Program-made: the position numbers and the translations under genes | In this document: positions 48,564 to 58,346 of the stretch, piece after piece | Position numbering within the stretch: the stretch's first letter is position 1 | Layout: every line of letters begins with the position of its first letter | Assembly: GCA_041663045.1 (NCBI GenBank) | Contig: JBAZRH010000001.1 | Location: 340,403 to 404,402, forward strand | Direction of reading: 5' to 3' | Origin: Minisyncoccota bacterium | GTDB lineage: Bacteria > Patescibacteriota > Minisyncoccia > Phycocordibacterales > GWA1-40-21 | Length of the DNA stretch: 64,000 nt | The notes under the pieces: model-generated | What the model saw: only the letters and a program-made list of their open reading frames with translations | Told to the model about the DNA's origin: nothing | Database searches by the model: none

Positions 48564-50582
48564 ATGAACAAAGAAGAAAATAAAAACTATGTAAGAAAAT
48601 CCAGCACGCCTTTTGTGGCGGGGACTGGCTTTGTAGCTCGCACGAATATAAAACCGGCATCCACTCCCTATATAGCTGGAGGAGAAAGTCTAACTAAACC
48701 CACAGAGAAAAAAGGTGTGGTATTTGTCAGAAAACCCCATGTGACAAATGCTGGTCCTAGACACGCAAGTGTTAGTAATCATAATAAGCACTCACGAACT
48801 AGCAGAGGTGGGCATTCTTATGGTAGAAACAGAGATCAAAAGAAAAACGGGATAATGAGAAAGGTTACTTCAGACGGAAGCAAAAAGTTTGATCATGTCA
48901 TACCACCGCTCAAAGACGGAGATATAAGAATAGTCCCCCTTGGAGGCGTGGAAGAAATCGGCAAAAATATGACTGTTATAGAATACAAGGACGAAATAAT
49001 AGTAATAGACGCCGGAATTCAATTTAAAACAGAAGACACTCCTGGTATAGACTATATGTTGCCAAATACAAAATATCTCGAGGCCAGGAAAGGTAAAATA
49101 AAGGGCCTTGTGATTACTCACGGACATTTGGATCATATTGGAGGTATTCCTTATATTATAGAATCACTTGGAAATCCTCCTATATACACGAGAGAGTTCG
49201 GTGCTCTGCTTATCAAGAAGAGAATGGATGAATTTCCTCATCTGCCGGCGCTGAATATTAAAATAATAGACAAAAACACAGACTTCTTCCCTATTACAAA
49301 AGATCTTAGGATAAAATTCTTTGGTATTACTCATTCGATTCCAGATTCAACTGGTGTAATCATCGAGACTCCGTATGGAGATATTGTAAACACAGGAGAT
49401 GTAAGAGTAGACAATGAAAACGGAGTGGTAGCAGAAAAAGAATTTGAACAATATGCTTTCTTTAAAAACAGAAAAGTACTCTTGCTAACTATGGATTCGA
49501 CAGGTATAGAGAAACCCGGATGGACTATATCGGAAGATAAGGTTATAAAAAACATAGAAGAGATTGTTAAAAATGTTACAGGGAGAATTATTATCGCCAC
49601 TTTTGCTTCACAGGTAGAAAGAGTTATTGAATTTATAAATATGGCCGAGAGACACGGGAAGAAAGTTGTAATCGAAGGCCGTAGTATGAAAAACAATGTC
49701 GAGGTTATCAAATTCCTTAAACTCGCCGATACAAAACATATAATCAATGTAGAAGATATACAAAATTATCCGCCACATAAACTTATGTTCCTAGCGACAG
49801 GCGCTCAAGGTGAAGAGTTTGCAGCACTTATGAGAATGTCAAACAATACTCATAAATATATCAAGCTCAACAAAACCGATACCATAATATTATCTTCTTC
49901 TATAGTGCCCGGTAATGAAATGGCTGTTACCTCACTTAAGGACAATCTATTCAGACACGATTCAAAAATAATCACCTACTATGACACGGACGTACACGCC
50001 GGAGGACACGGCAAAAGAGCCGAGCTTGAGTGGATACACAAGCAAATCAAATATAAATTCTTCATGCCAGTACACGGACATCATTTCATGCTCAAAATGC
50101 ATGCCGAACTTTCTGCTTCTGTAGGGACGCCAAGAGAAAATATTGTGGTGCCTGACAATGGCAGTATTGTGGAAATCACCGATGGTGGGACAAAAATAAG
50201 GGTATTGAAGGAAAAGGCTCCTGCTGGGATTGTTATGGTAGATGGATTCTCCATTGGAGATGTTCAGGAGGTTGTCATTCGCGACAGGCAAATGCTTGCC
50301 CAAGATGGAATGTTTGTAATCATTGCAAGCGTAGACACAGCCACAGGAAAACTCCGTAAATCTCCAGATATTATCTCCAGAGGCTTCGTGTACTTGAGAG
50401 AATCACAAGATTTACTCAAGCACGCCAGATTCTTGATTAAAAAGACAGTTGAAGAAAATGCTCATGGTAATCCGATTAACTTTGATTATATTAAGGATCA
50501 GGTTACAGATAATATCAGCAGATATCTTTTCCAGCAGACAGCAAAAAAACCAATGGTAATACCAGTAATAATTGGGGTATAG
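48564..50582 (+). CDS. rnj: Ribonuclease J
   Basis: GGVEEIGKNM, THGHLDHIG, HSIPD, GAQGE, PVHG. Confidence 0.95.
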   Translation: MNKEENKNYVRKSSTPFVAGTGFVARTNIKPASTPYIAGGESLTKPTEKKGVVFVRKPHVTNAGPRHASVSNHNKHSRTSRGGHSYGRNRDQKKNGIMRKVTSDGSKKFDHVIPPLKDGDIRIVPLGGVEEIGKNMTVIEYKDEIIVIDAGIQFKTEDTPGIDYMLPNTKYLEARKGKIKGLVITHGHLDHIGGIPYIIESLGNPPIYTREFGALLIKKRMDEFPHLPALNIKIIDKNTDFFPITKDLRIKFFGITHSIPDSTGVIIETPYGDIVNTGDVRVDNENGVVAEKEFEQYAFFKNRKVLLLTMDSTGIEKPGWTISEDKVIKNIEEIVKNVTGRIIIATFASQVERVIEFINMAERHGKKVVIEGRSMKNNVEVIKFLKLADTKHIINVEDIQNYPPHKLMFLATGAQGEEFAALMRMSNNTHKYIKLNKTDTIILSSSIVPGNEMAVTSLKDNLFRHDSKIITYYDTDVHAGGHGKRAELEWIHKQIKYKFFMPVHGHHFMLKMHAELSASVGTPRENIVVPDNGSIVEITDGGTKIRVLKEKAPAGIVMVDGFSIGDVQEVVIRDRQMLAQDGMFVIIASVDTATGKLRKSPDIISRGFVYLRESQDLLKHARFLIKKTVEENAHGNPINFDYIKDQVTDNISRYLFQQTAKKPMVIPVIIGV

Positions 50583-50643
50583 AAAACCCACAAAACAAAA
50601 GGCAGGACGCCTACGGCGTCCTGCCTTTTGTTTTGTGGGTTTT
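50583..50643. terminator. Perfect 29-bp-arm hairpin, bidirectional terminator
   Basis: aaaacccacaaaacaaaaggcaggacgcc-tac-ggcgtcctgccttttgttttgtgggtttt between convergent genes. Confidence 0.85.
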
Positions 50644-51823
50644 ATCTCGTATCCTCTATCGCCAAGCTATATTTGATACCTAAAAGCATTATCACCCCAA
50701 GAGCCACAAACATATAATTCATTCCAAAATAGCTCAAGAACCAAGTCGCAAGAAGCGGTCCAATAACATAAGCTATCGGTGATGTCATTCTAAAGACACT
50801 TATCAGATTTGTATTTTCTGTATTTATCTTCTTAAAGAAATAAGTTTCGGTCATTATCTCGATCACTGCAGCACCAACTCTTGTGATAAAAAGCATTACT
50901 CCCCAAAGTAAGAAACTTTTCGCTGACATAAAAGTCAAAACGCATGTAGAGATCGCCATTATCAAAAACCCGACACAGAGAAGCTCTTTTTCTCCAAGTT
51001 TTTTGTCGGCAAGCCAGCCAAGTGGCACTTGCACAAGAATAAACGGCACGAGCATTATGGTAAAAGCCACACCAATCTGTTGCCAACTGAAGCCAAGATA
51101 TTGATTCAAATATATCGGAGTATAAATAATCATCCAAGAATAAAATATATGTAAAAGTAGATTCGCCATCGTGATAGAGCGAATATTTTTATTGTCAGCA
51201 ATTTCTTTTACGGTATCCAGGAGTTTAAAATGTTTATATCTTGTATCCTTGAAATCTCGCAAGCTAAGCGTCGCCACTAGGACGACAATAGCCATTATAA
51301 AAGCAGAAATCAAAAACACTTTTTGAAAAGAATTCTCACCGGAAAGATATGCCGAGGCAAGCGGAGCGAATATCCACGCTATGTTTATAGAAGTAAGGTA
51401 AAAGCTTCTGATTCTTCCGGTCTCAACATTTCTGGAATAATGTTCCACGAAGACATCAAAACAATATCCGATCAGTATGGTCACAACATAAGCGATTAAG
51501 AAGGCGACAAGAAGGACAAGTGGATTATTGGCTAGTGCAAGCACCGCCAAAACAGCAGTATTGATGGCCGAAAGGCCTATAACGGTCCTATAATTACCAA
51601 GTCGCGACAATATCCATGGTATGGCGAAAAAGCCAATAATGGTCAAAATAGAGGCTATGGCATAGATTATACCGACCAGCTTTTCAGCTGTTATTTGGCT
51701 CAAAAAGCTTGAATTTACATATGACGGTAAGGCCGTTCTTAAAGCAAAAATAAAACCGACGATATATAAGACTAGGAGCGATGATCTTCTGAAATTGGGT
51801 ACTGCTTTTTGTATTACTGACAT
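50642..51823 (-). CDS. MFS transporter
   Basis: About 12 TM segments, GWLADKKLG motif. Confidence 0.88.
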   Translation of the reverse strand: MSVIQKAVPNFRRSSLLVLYIVGFIFALRTALPSYVNSSFLSQITAEKLVGIIYAIASILTIIGFFAIPWILSRLGNYRTVIGLSAINTAVLAVLALANNPLVLLVAFLIAYVVTILIGYCFDVFVEHYSRNVETGRIRSFYLTSINIAWIFAPLASAYLSGENSFQKVFLISAFIMAIVVLVATLSLRDFKDTRYKHFKLLDTVKEIADNKNIRSITMANLLLHIFYSWMIIYTPIYLNQYLGFSWQQIGVAFTIMLVPFILVQVPLGWLADKKLGEKELLCVGFLIMAISTCVLTFMSAKSFLLWGVMLFITRVGAAVIEIMTETYFFKKINTENTNLISVFRMTSPIAYVIGPLLATWFLSYFGMNYMFVALGVIMLLGIKYSLAIEDTR

Positions 51824-51826
51824 AGA

Positions 51827-52258
51827 TTATTTCAAAATAACTGGGATAAAGATGTTCTGATCTAGATCGGGGTTGTCTGAAGGATTGTCTTTTTTTAATA
51901 CAAGTAACACACGTTTTGTGTTTGTTGCCTTCTCATAAGAAATCTCGGCTGAGAAATTTATAAAATCTTCTGTCATCCAATTTTCAGAAGAAGTGGCTAT
52001 GCCGGAGGCGATCGTATTGCCATTTGAATCTACTAGATCTATTGGGAATGAACCCTCAAAAAACCATGTCCCCCTAGCCTTTCCAGAAATCTTTATCGGG
52101 CTTTTTACCTCTTGATTGTCCTTCGGCATTACAACTTGTATAGGCAATTCTGAATTTATACTTGGAGCTACTACTTCCCTTCTACCCCAATCAAAAATTA
52201 ATGCCATAAAAATTATGACTACGATTATCAGTATTAAAACTATAATTGATTTCTTCAT
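51827..52258 (-). CDS. Gmad2 Ig-like domain protein
   Basis: SGKARGTWFFEGSFP, WMTEDF, KDNPS. Confidence 0.8.
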   Translation of the reverse strand: MKKSIIVLILIIVVIIFMALIFDWGRREVVAPSINSELPIQVVMPKDNQEVKSPIKISGKARGTWFFEGSFPIDLVDSNGNTIASGIATSSENWMTEDFINFSAEISYEKATNTKRVLLVLKKDNPSDNPDLDQNIFIPVILK

Positions 52259-52276
52259 ACCTAATTTTTTGTGTTT

Positions 52277-52669
52277 TTAGTTCTTTACTTCCCTTATCCA
52301 AGTCGGATATCCTTGCACTCCTTTATCAAGACAAATATTTATATTGTCCGGACATTCTACATATTTTATATATTTGAAAGAATCGCCAAACAAAGCTTTT
52401 TGTGCAGTGCAATGCGAGCACCAAACTGCTCCGTACATCGTAAAACCCTTATCTGTCAGGCATTTAGCAAAAGAGTTTTTGTCGGCAGTCAGGGGGCAGC
52501 TAGAAATTTCAGCAAGTCTTTCAAGTGACATCTGCCCTTCAAAAAGATTATCTTTCGATACGGCCTGATTCCCGTTGCGTCCTCCTGCCAAGTTGAATAT
52601 TGCAAAAAGCGCTATCAGGATTATTACCACAATCGCAACCGCTATTATGATTTTATTTTCTTTATTCAT
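52277..52669 (-). CDS. Membrane-anchored thioredoxin-fold protein (VKOR-partner type)
   Basis: YGAVWCSHC..QKALFG..YVEC..C..GYPTW. Confidence 0.85.
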   Translation of the reverse strand: MNKENKIIIAVAIVVIILIALFAIFNLAGGRNGNQAVSKDNLFEGQMSLERLAEISSCPLTADKNSFAKCLTDKGFTMYGAVWCSHCTAQKALFGDSFKYIKYVECPDNINICLDKGVQGYPTWIREVKN

Positions 52670-52673
52670 ATTT

Positions 52674-53168
52674 TTATTCCTTACAACAATCTACAAGTTT
52701 GTTGACTATATCTTTCATTGTCCACGGCTTTTCTTCATTTGCCATATCTTTAATATCACAAACTTCCACAATTTTCAGACGCAAAGCAAAAAACATGGTG
52801 AACATTTTATGCGCTTGTTCAAATGTCTCTATGGCTTCTGCTTTTTTCCCGTCAGACTGGAGCTTTGTCCCGACTTCAAAAAGTCTCATACAAGTGGCGA
52901 GCAAATGCTTTGAAATACACCAGGTTTCGCCCTCTGTCTTGTCTATCATTTTACCGAGAAGTTTGGTGCGCATTCCGCGGATTTCATTGAGCATTTCAAA
53001 ATATTCCGGCTTGTCTGTTTTCGCTCCGGTGAAAAACATATGCTCTTCCAAGCTAATCAAGTTCATCACGGCAATAGCAAGATCTTCTTCAGTAGAGAGG
53101 TCAAAATTCCTCCCCTTTTTCATTTCTTCTATCTTCTTCAAAACTTCATTGTAATTTAATTCTTTCAT
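52674..53168 (-). CDS. Helical hypothetical protein with Cys residues
   Basis: MNLISLEEH, WCISKHLL, C-terminal DCCKE. Confidence 0.7.
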   Translation of the reverse strand: MKELNYNEVLKKIEEMKKGRNFDLSTEEDLAIAVMNLISLEEHMFFTGAKTDKPEYFEMLNEIRGMRTKLLGKMIDKTEGETWCISKHLLATCMRLFEVGTKLQSDGKKAEAIETFEQAHKMFTMFFALRLKIVEVCDIKDMANEEKPWTMKDIVNKLVDCCKE

Positions 53169-53180
53169 TTTATTTAGATT

Positions 53181-53295
53181 AGCTACCGCAAGTAATACTG
53201 TTTTCAGAGCACGGATATTTTTTTGCTAAAAAATTCCTCGTGCTCGCGCCAGTCGCGCTCCCAAGTCTCTGAAAACAGTATTACTTGCGGTAGCT
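53181..53295. repeat. 115-bp element with perfect 29-bp terminal inverted repeats
   Basis: agctaccgcaagtaatactgttttcagag / ctctgaaaacagtattacttgcggtagct. Confidence 0.85.
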
Positions 53296-53306
53296 CACTG
53301 ACAAAG

Positions 53307-54089
53307 TTATTGTATCACAAAAATTAATAGACCCAAAAGTATCATTATTATAGCCACCCAAACTCTGGCTTGCTTGGTTTCTGCCCTTCTCACCTTATCC
53401 ATAGCCTCTAAAACCTGCCTATTTACAGCTATGAGAAGTGCTATAAGAAGTGGTAGTACAAACATTAAATTATAGAAGATAAGGTACCAAAAACCCCTTA
53501 AGACGTTGTTTTGATCGTGCAAAAGTCCGAGGACAAAAAGGTATGGTCCGCCTGTGCATGGGAATTCAAAAAGTCCGACGACGAATCCGAGTATGAGAGC
53601 TGTCGGTATTGTCGCTTTTTCTACAAGCGTTGCAATTCTTTTATATCCGATCTCTGGAATCTTCAGCTTGATTGGAAAATTCGGGAAGAATTCATTGATA
53701 AGGCCGATCGCTCCGAAAATAATTATTGCTAAAGCTCCGAGTTTTGCCATAATATTGGGAATGTTCAAAATACTCAAAACATGAAGTATGCCGAGACCGA
53801 TCAAAACATAAGTGGCGAAAATCCCAAAAATATATGCGAGCCCAGCTTCCACTATTTTTCTCCTGCTTCTGCCGAGACTAAAGAGAAAAGCGACTGTAAG
53901 GAAAAGTACTGAAAATGCGCAAGGATTCAAACTATCTACTATTGCAGAAATACCGACAAGTGCCGGCAAAAATCCATTATATGTTCTCAAGTCTGGTAAT
54001 CTGAAGTGGAAAAACCCCGAATATGCCAAAATCAAAATAACAATCGCGAGCACCAATATCCCCACCGCCCCCCATTTCCTCTTTTCCAT
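53307..54089 (-). CDS. CcdA/DsbD-like transmembrane redox protein
   Basis: DSLNPCAF and EFPCTGGPY Cys motifs in TM segments. Confidence 0.8.
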   Translation of the reverse strand: MEKRKWGAVGILVLAIVILILAYSGFFHFRLPDLRTYNGFLPALVGISAIVDSLNPCAFSVLFLTVAFLFSLGRSRRKIVEAGLAYIFGIFATYVLIGLGILHVLSILNIPNIMAKLGALAIIIFGAIGLINEFFPNFPIKLKIPEIGYKRIATLVEKATIPTALILGFVVGLFEFPCTGGPYLFVLGLLHDQNNVLRGFWYLIFYNLMFVLPLLIALLIAVNRQVLEAMDKVRRAETKQARVWVAIIMILLGLLIFVIQ

Positions 54090-54125
54090 ATGGGGGATAT
54101 TATAGCATAAGAATTTAATAAGATT

Positions 54126-54893
54126 TTATTCAAAATCCAATAACAAAGCATTGTGATCGGACACTTCTTCCGGTAAAACCTTAAAATCTTCAACCTTTAT
54201 ATCTTTGCTTGTAAAAATGTAATCGGCATACTTTTCTGGCTTCGTATAAAGACTTGTCCTCGTAGATTTTATATTATTTTCTTTAATCAGATTTCTTAAA
54301 CCAATCTTCTCAAATTTGTTGAGACTTTCAGTTTCAGGTAAGAGGTTAAAATCCCCACACAAAACCACAGGACTAGAAGCCTTTTTAATAAAATCAACTA
54401 TTTTATCTGATTGTAAAAGTCTATCTTCACTATCGCCCTTTCCTTTGCCATTCCACAAACCGTGGAAATTTATTACTGTCCTTGACCCTTTCTCTGTATC
54501 GATTTTTATATACTGAATATTTCTAGCATGGTGGCCAACATCACCTTCTGGTATATGACCCTTTTCCTTATGTACAAAAACCTCACCTTCCTCGAGAACT
54601 TCTAGATCTTTCTTTATTAACATCAAAAGCCCATAGTGGTCCATAAGATGCGGACGAAAATACGCTGTATAATTTGGTAAAATCCTAGATATTTCCTGCT
54701 TACCATTAATCATTATTTTATCGTGTTCAAGATTCCTTCCACCGACAACTTGTCCATCCAACTTCTTGTATGGACCGGCCCAGATTTCTTGCAGACAAAA
54801 AATATCAACCTCGTTTCTATATTTTTCAAAAAATGATAATAATAAATCTTTGCCAGCCAAACCTCCCCACGTATTTAGAGAAACGATTTTCAT
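54126..54893 (-). CDS. Endonuclease/exonuclease/phosphatase family protein
   Basis: SLN, CLQE, CGDFN, DYIF, SDH. Confidence 0.9.
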   Translation of the reverse strand: MKIVSLNTWGGLAGKDLLLSFFEKYRNEVDIFCLQEIWAGPYKKLDGQVVGGRNLEHDKIMINGKQEISRILPNYTAYFRPHLMDHYGLLMLIKKDLEVLEEGEVFVHKEKGHIPEGDVGHHARNIQYIKIDTEKGSRTVINFHGLWNGKGKGDSEDRLLQSDKIVDFIKKASSPVVLCGDFNLLPETESLNKFEKIGLRNLIKENNIKSTRTSLYTKPEKYADYIFTSKDIKVEDFKVLPEEVSDHNALLLDFE

Positions 54894-54895
54894 AG

Positions 54896-54966
54896 CTGCG
54901 GGGCTTGGACTCGAACCAAGATTCTATGCTCCAGAGGCATATGTCCTACCATTAGACGATCCCGCA
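54896..54966 (-). tRNA. tRNA-Gln(CTG)
   Basis: U1-A72 pair, ATGC-CTCTGGA-GCAT anticodon arm. Confidence 0.94.
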
Positions 54967-55115
54967 ATATTCATACTATATACTTTTTTCTTTTTAAAAT
55001 CCAGCCCGGGGTATAGGCTTTTCGCCGTTTTCTAGCGCTAGACGATATCGTCGTCTCTTCACTTAAATATAAGAATTATATATCTGACATCTCTTAATTC
55101 TGCTATAATAAACTT

Positions 55116-56612
55116 ATGAAAAATGTAGCAGATTTCTTTTTTCTTGAAAGAGTTCCAAAGGGGTATCCGATGGACGTCTTATATATAAATCTCGGTCATA
55201 CAAATATAGCAAAGAGGCCGGAGTTTGGCCTCAAAACCCAGGGTGCGATGATTCTAGTCTTTAGTGAGGGGCATTATGATATTTTTCTAGAAAAAGAAAA
55301 GTGGTTCAAGGCTGGGCAGACGGTACTGGATTATGTATTGGAAAATGATGACAGATTTATTGCTTGGGAGAGAAAAACTAGAAGATGGCTTGCGTACATT
55401 GCGGAAGTAAATAATAAATTTAAAAAGATAGATTTTGGTGTATTTACTGATAAAGAACTGATGCAGCAATTAGATTGGATTTTAGAATTTGAAAAGACAG
55501 ATGGTATAGAAAATGCAGAGATAACATCAAGTAATTATGGAACAAATTTAATTTACCAGAGATTTGAATCGACTTTGAAAGAACTCGGTTTCGCTCCTCA
55601 TAATATTGGTCAAATTCTATTACGATCCACAAGATCCTTCCCTCTTATCGAATACGAGAAGGAAATCAGTAGACTAGCTATTTGGCTGATAAACGAAAAG
55701 AAAAATTATGTACTGGATTATGAAATTGCCGATCAAGAGATATTGAATAAGATAGAAAATATTCTCGATGAATATGATTGGCTTGATGCAAGCTTGGCTA
55801 GTAAGCCAAAATCTATTCAGAACGTAATAGATGATATAAATGTACTACTTCAATTTAAAGACAAGCTATCTAAGGTCATTGCTGAGAGAGAATATGATCG
55901 AGAAGATAAAAGATCTGAAAGAGAGAAGGTCTTAGAGGCTGTTTTACAAAGAGCATCGTCTAAACAAAAAAGAGTTATCGATTTTGCAATAGAAAGTAGC
56001 GAACTTGGAAGAATATTGGTGGATGAGATAATGAAATTTATTTATTATCGTCGAAGGATTTATGCCGAGATAGGAAAGAGGATAAGACTTTCTGAAATCG
56101 AGACAAAATATCTTTTACCAGAAGAAATAAGATCCTGTCTACTACACTCTACAAAGCCTGATATAGAGATTGTAAGACAACGCCAAGAGATATTTGTTTG
56201 CATATTAGAAAATGATCAGATTGATATATATACTGGGCAACAAGCAAAGGAGTGGCGAGACAAACTAAAGGAGATTGTCTCAAATGATGTACGACCCTTA
56301 AAAGGAGAAATTGCTTTTAGCAAAGGTAAAATAAAAGGAATCGCCAAAATAATTAGAGATGTTACTGATATGGATAAAATAAAAAACGGAGATATTCTAG
56401 TTTCTTCGAGAACATACCCAGACTTATTACCCGCTATGAAAAAGTCCTCTGCTATTATTGCAGAACTTGGAGGGCTTCTCTCTCACGCAGCTATAGTCTC
56501 TAGAGAATTTGGTATTCCCTGTCTTGTGGGGGTTCAAAACGCTACATCCAAGATTAAGGATGGCGATTATCTGGAAATCGACACAGAAACAGGAGATATA
56601 ATTATTATATAA
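55116..56612 (+). CDS. PEP-utilizer phosphohistidine domain with a large helical N-terminus
   Basis: GDILVSSRTYP, GGLLSHAAIVSREFGIPC. Confidence 0.8.
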   Translation: MKNVADFFFLERVPKGYPMDVLYINLGHTNIAKRPEFGLKTQGAMILVFSEGHYDIFLEKEKWFKAGQTVLDYVLENDDRFIAWERKTRRWLAYIAEVNNKFKKIDFGVFTDKELMQQLDWILEFEKTDGIENAEITSSNYGTNLIYQRFESTLKELGFAPHNIGQILLRSTRSFPLIEYEKEISRLAIWLINEKKNYVLDYEIADQEILNKIENILDEYDWLDASLASKPKSIQNVIDDINVLLQFKDKLSKVIAEREYDREDKRSEREKVLEAVLQRASSKQKRVIDFAIESSELGRILVDEIMKFIYYRRRIYAEIGKRIRLSEIETKYLLPEEIRSCLLHSTKPDIEIVRQRQEIFVCILENDQIDIYTGQQAKEWRDKLKEIVSNDVRPLKGEIAFSKGKIKGIAKIIRDVTDMDKIKNGDILVSSRTYPDLLPAMKKSSAIIAELGGLLSHAAIVSREFGIPCLVGVQNATSKIKDGDYLEIDTETGDIIII

Positions 56613-56626
56613 CTAGATAACCCTTA

Positions 56627-57553
56627 TTATTCTCTCAAATACTTCCTCACTGCTAAGTAACTTGCGATAGAACCGAAGACGACACCGGAACCAAGAATGG
56701 AAAAAACTATCCAAAGTAAGTTGCTAATGTAATATTGGAAAATATTGAAACCGGCAAAATATTGCGAATACGAATGATTCATCCAGAAAGTCGCAAGAGC
56801 AAAGAAGAGAAGTATAACAATAGCTGATATCACCCCACAAAGTATACCACTTACCATAAACGGCCCCTTCACATATCTACTCGATGCACCAACAAGTCTC
56901 ATCACAGATATTTCATCTTTTGCCATAAAGATGGTGAGACGGATAGTGTTGAATGTAATAAGTATTGAAATTATTATAAATATAATAGCAAGCCAAATCC
57001 CGATAATATTTGCCGAAGAGATAATACTGGAAAGACGGTCTATCACTATTTTATTTTGCTGATAATTTACTTTATCTATTATGTTGTGTCCGTCTTTAGA
57101 AAGAACACTGCTCCCCTTCAAAAATTCTGCTATACCTTCGTATTGAGAAGGGTCTTTGGCTTTTATGTTGAGCACCGCCCCAAGAGGATTCTCTCCCAAC
57201 TCATTTAGAGCCTGTAATGTAAGTTCGTCCGCCTTATGTTTCTCTTTAAAGTTTGCAAGAGCGTCGTCTTTCGACAGATAAATGACATTCTCTACCTCTG
57301 GTAATGCCTCGAGAGACTTTTGTATTGAAAGAATGTCGGGTTCAGTAGTATTTAAAACAAAATAGACATTTACATCCACTTTGGCTTTTATATTATCCAA
57401 GGTGTATTTGAAAAAACCACCGAGAAGTATCATGGAAGAGATAATGAACAGAGTAATGGTCATTACGAGAAGAGAAGAAAGTGTAACAAAACCATTTCTA
57501 AAAAAATTGATTATACCTGATCTAAAAACTCTTTTTATATTAATCCAAAGCAT
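56627..57553 (-). CDS. ftsX: Cell division permease FtsX
   Basis: NPL, NTIRL, EISVMRLVGAS..VKGPF; start at MLWINIK. Confidence 0.93.
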   Translation of the reverse strand: MLWINIKRVFRSGIINFFRNGFVTLSSLLVMTITLFIISSMILLGGFFKYTLDNIKAKVDVNVYFVLNTTEPDILSIQKSLEALPEVENVIYLSKDDALANFKEKHKADELTLQALNELGENPLGAVLNIKAKDPSQYEGIAEFLKGSSVLSKDGHNIIDKVNYQQNKIVIDRLSSIISSANIIGIWLAIIFIIISILITFNTIRLTIFMAKDEISVMRLVGASSRYVKGPFMVSGILCGVISAIVILLFFALATFWMNHSYSQYFAGFNIFQYYISNLLWIVFSILGSGVVFGSIASYLAVRKYLRE

Positions 57554-57563
57554 ATCTTTAGTA

Positions 57564-58244
57564 TTATAACACGTATCTGCCTGTGGGATCATCTCTGACT
57601 ATTCTCCCTTTGTCCATACTAATAACTCTTTTACCAAGAGAATCTATCACACCCTTATTGTGCGTAGTAAGTATCACAGTAGTACCAAGATCATTTATCT
57701 TTTTAAGAATTTGGATAATTTCGTGGGTATTAAGCGGATCCAGATTGCCTGTCGGTTCATCTGCAACAATAATATCCGGCTGATTTACTATAGCTCTTGC
57801 TATCGCCACTCTCTGCTTTTCCCCACCAGAAAGTTCGTCTGGAAAATTGAATGCTTTTTTACCGAGATCAACAAGTTCAAGTACGTGAGGAACGTCTTGA
57901 GATATCTCGTCATCTGTCCTGCTTGAGGCTTCCATTGCAAAAGCTACATTTTCATAAACGGTTTTATTTGGCAAAAGCCTGTAATCTTGGAAAACAGTAC
58001 CTATCTTTCTTCTAAAATGATGAATCTCGTCTTTTTTCATCTTATGGATATTCAGAGATCCAAAAAAAACAGAACCTCTGGATGGCTTATCCTCGGCTAT
58101 GAGCATTTTCAGAAGGGTGGTTTTACCTGCACCAGAGTGGCCTACAATAGAAACAAATTCTTTTGGTGCTATCGACAAAGTAACCTCCTCAAGAGCGACG
58201 GAATCATCGGCATATATTTTTGAAACTTTATCAAAAACTATCAT
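57564..58244 (-). CDS. ftsE: Cell division ATPase FtsE
   Basis: GHSGAGKT, VFQDYRLL, LSGGE, DEPTGNLD; start at MIVFDK. Confidence 0.95.
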   Translation of the reverse strand: MIVFDKVSKIYADDSVALEEVTLSIAPKEFVSIVGHSGAGKTTLLKMLIAEDKPSRGSVFFGSLNIHKMKKDEIHHFRRKIGTVFQDYRLLPNKTVYENVAFAMEASSRTDDEISQDVPHVLELVDLGKKAFNFPDELSGGEKQRVAIARAIVNQPDIIVADEPTGNLDPLNTHEIIQILKKINDLGTTVILTTHNKGVIDSLGKRVISMDKGRIVRDDPTGRYVL

Positions 58245-58346
58245 TTCGCCTTCTATTATACCATAATCCAAAATAAGGCAAAGAAAGTGTCTGAATTGCT
58301 TCGCCGCGCTCGCAATAATAGATAGCGAGCGATTATATACTATAAA

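Noticed and set aside
55002-55050. Possible second tRNA-Gln remnant (tagacgat match)
   Set aside because: The match is too short and no cloverleaf forms.
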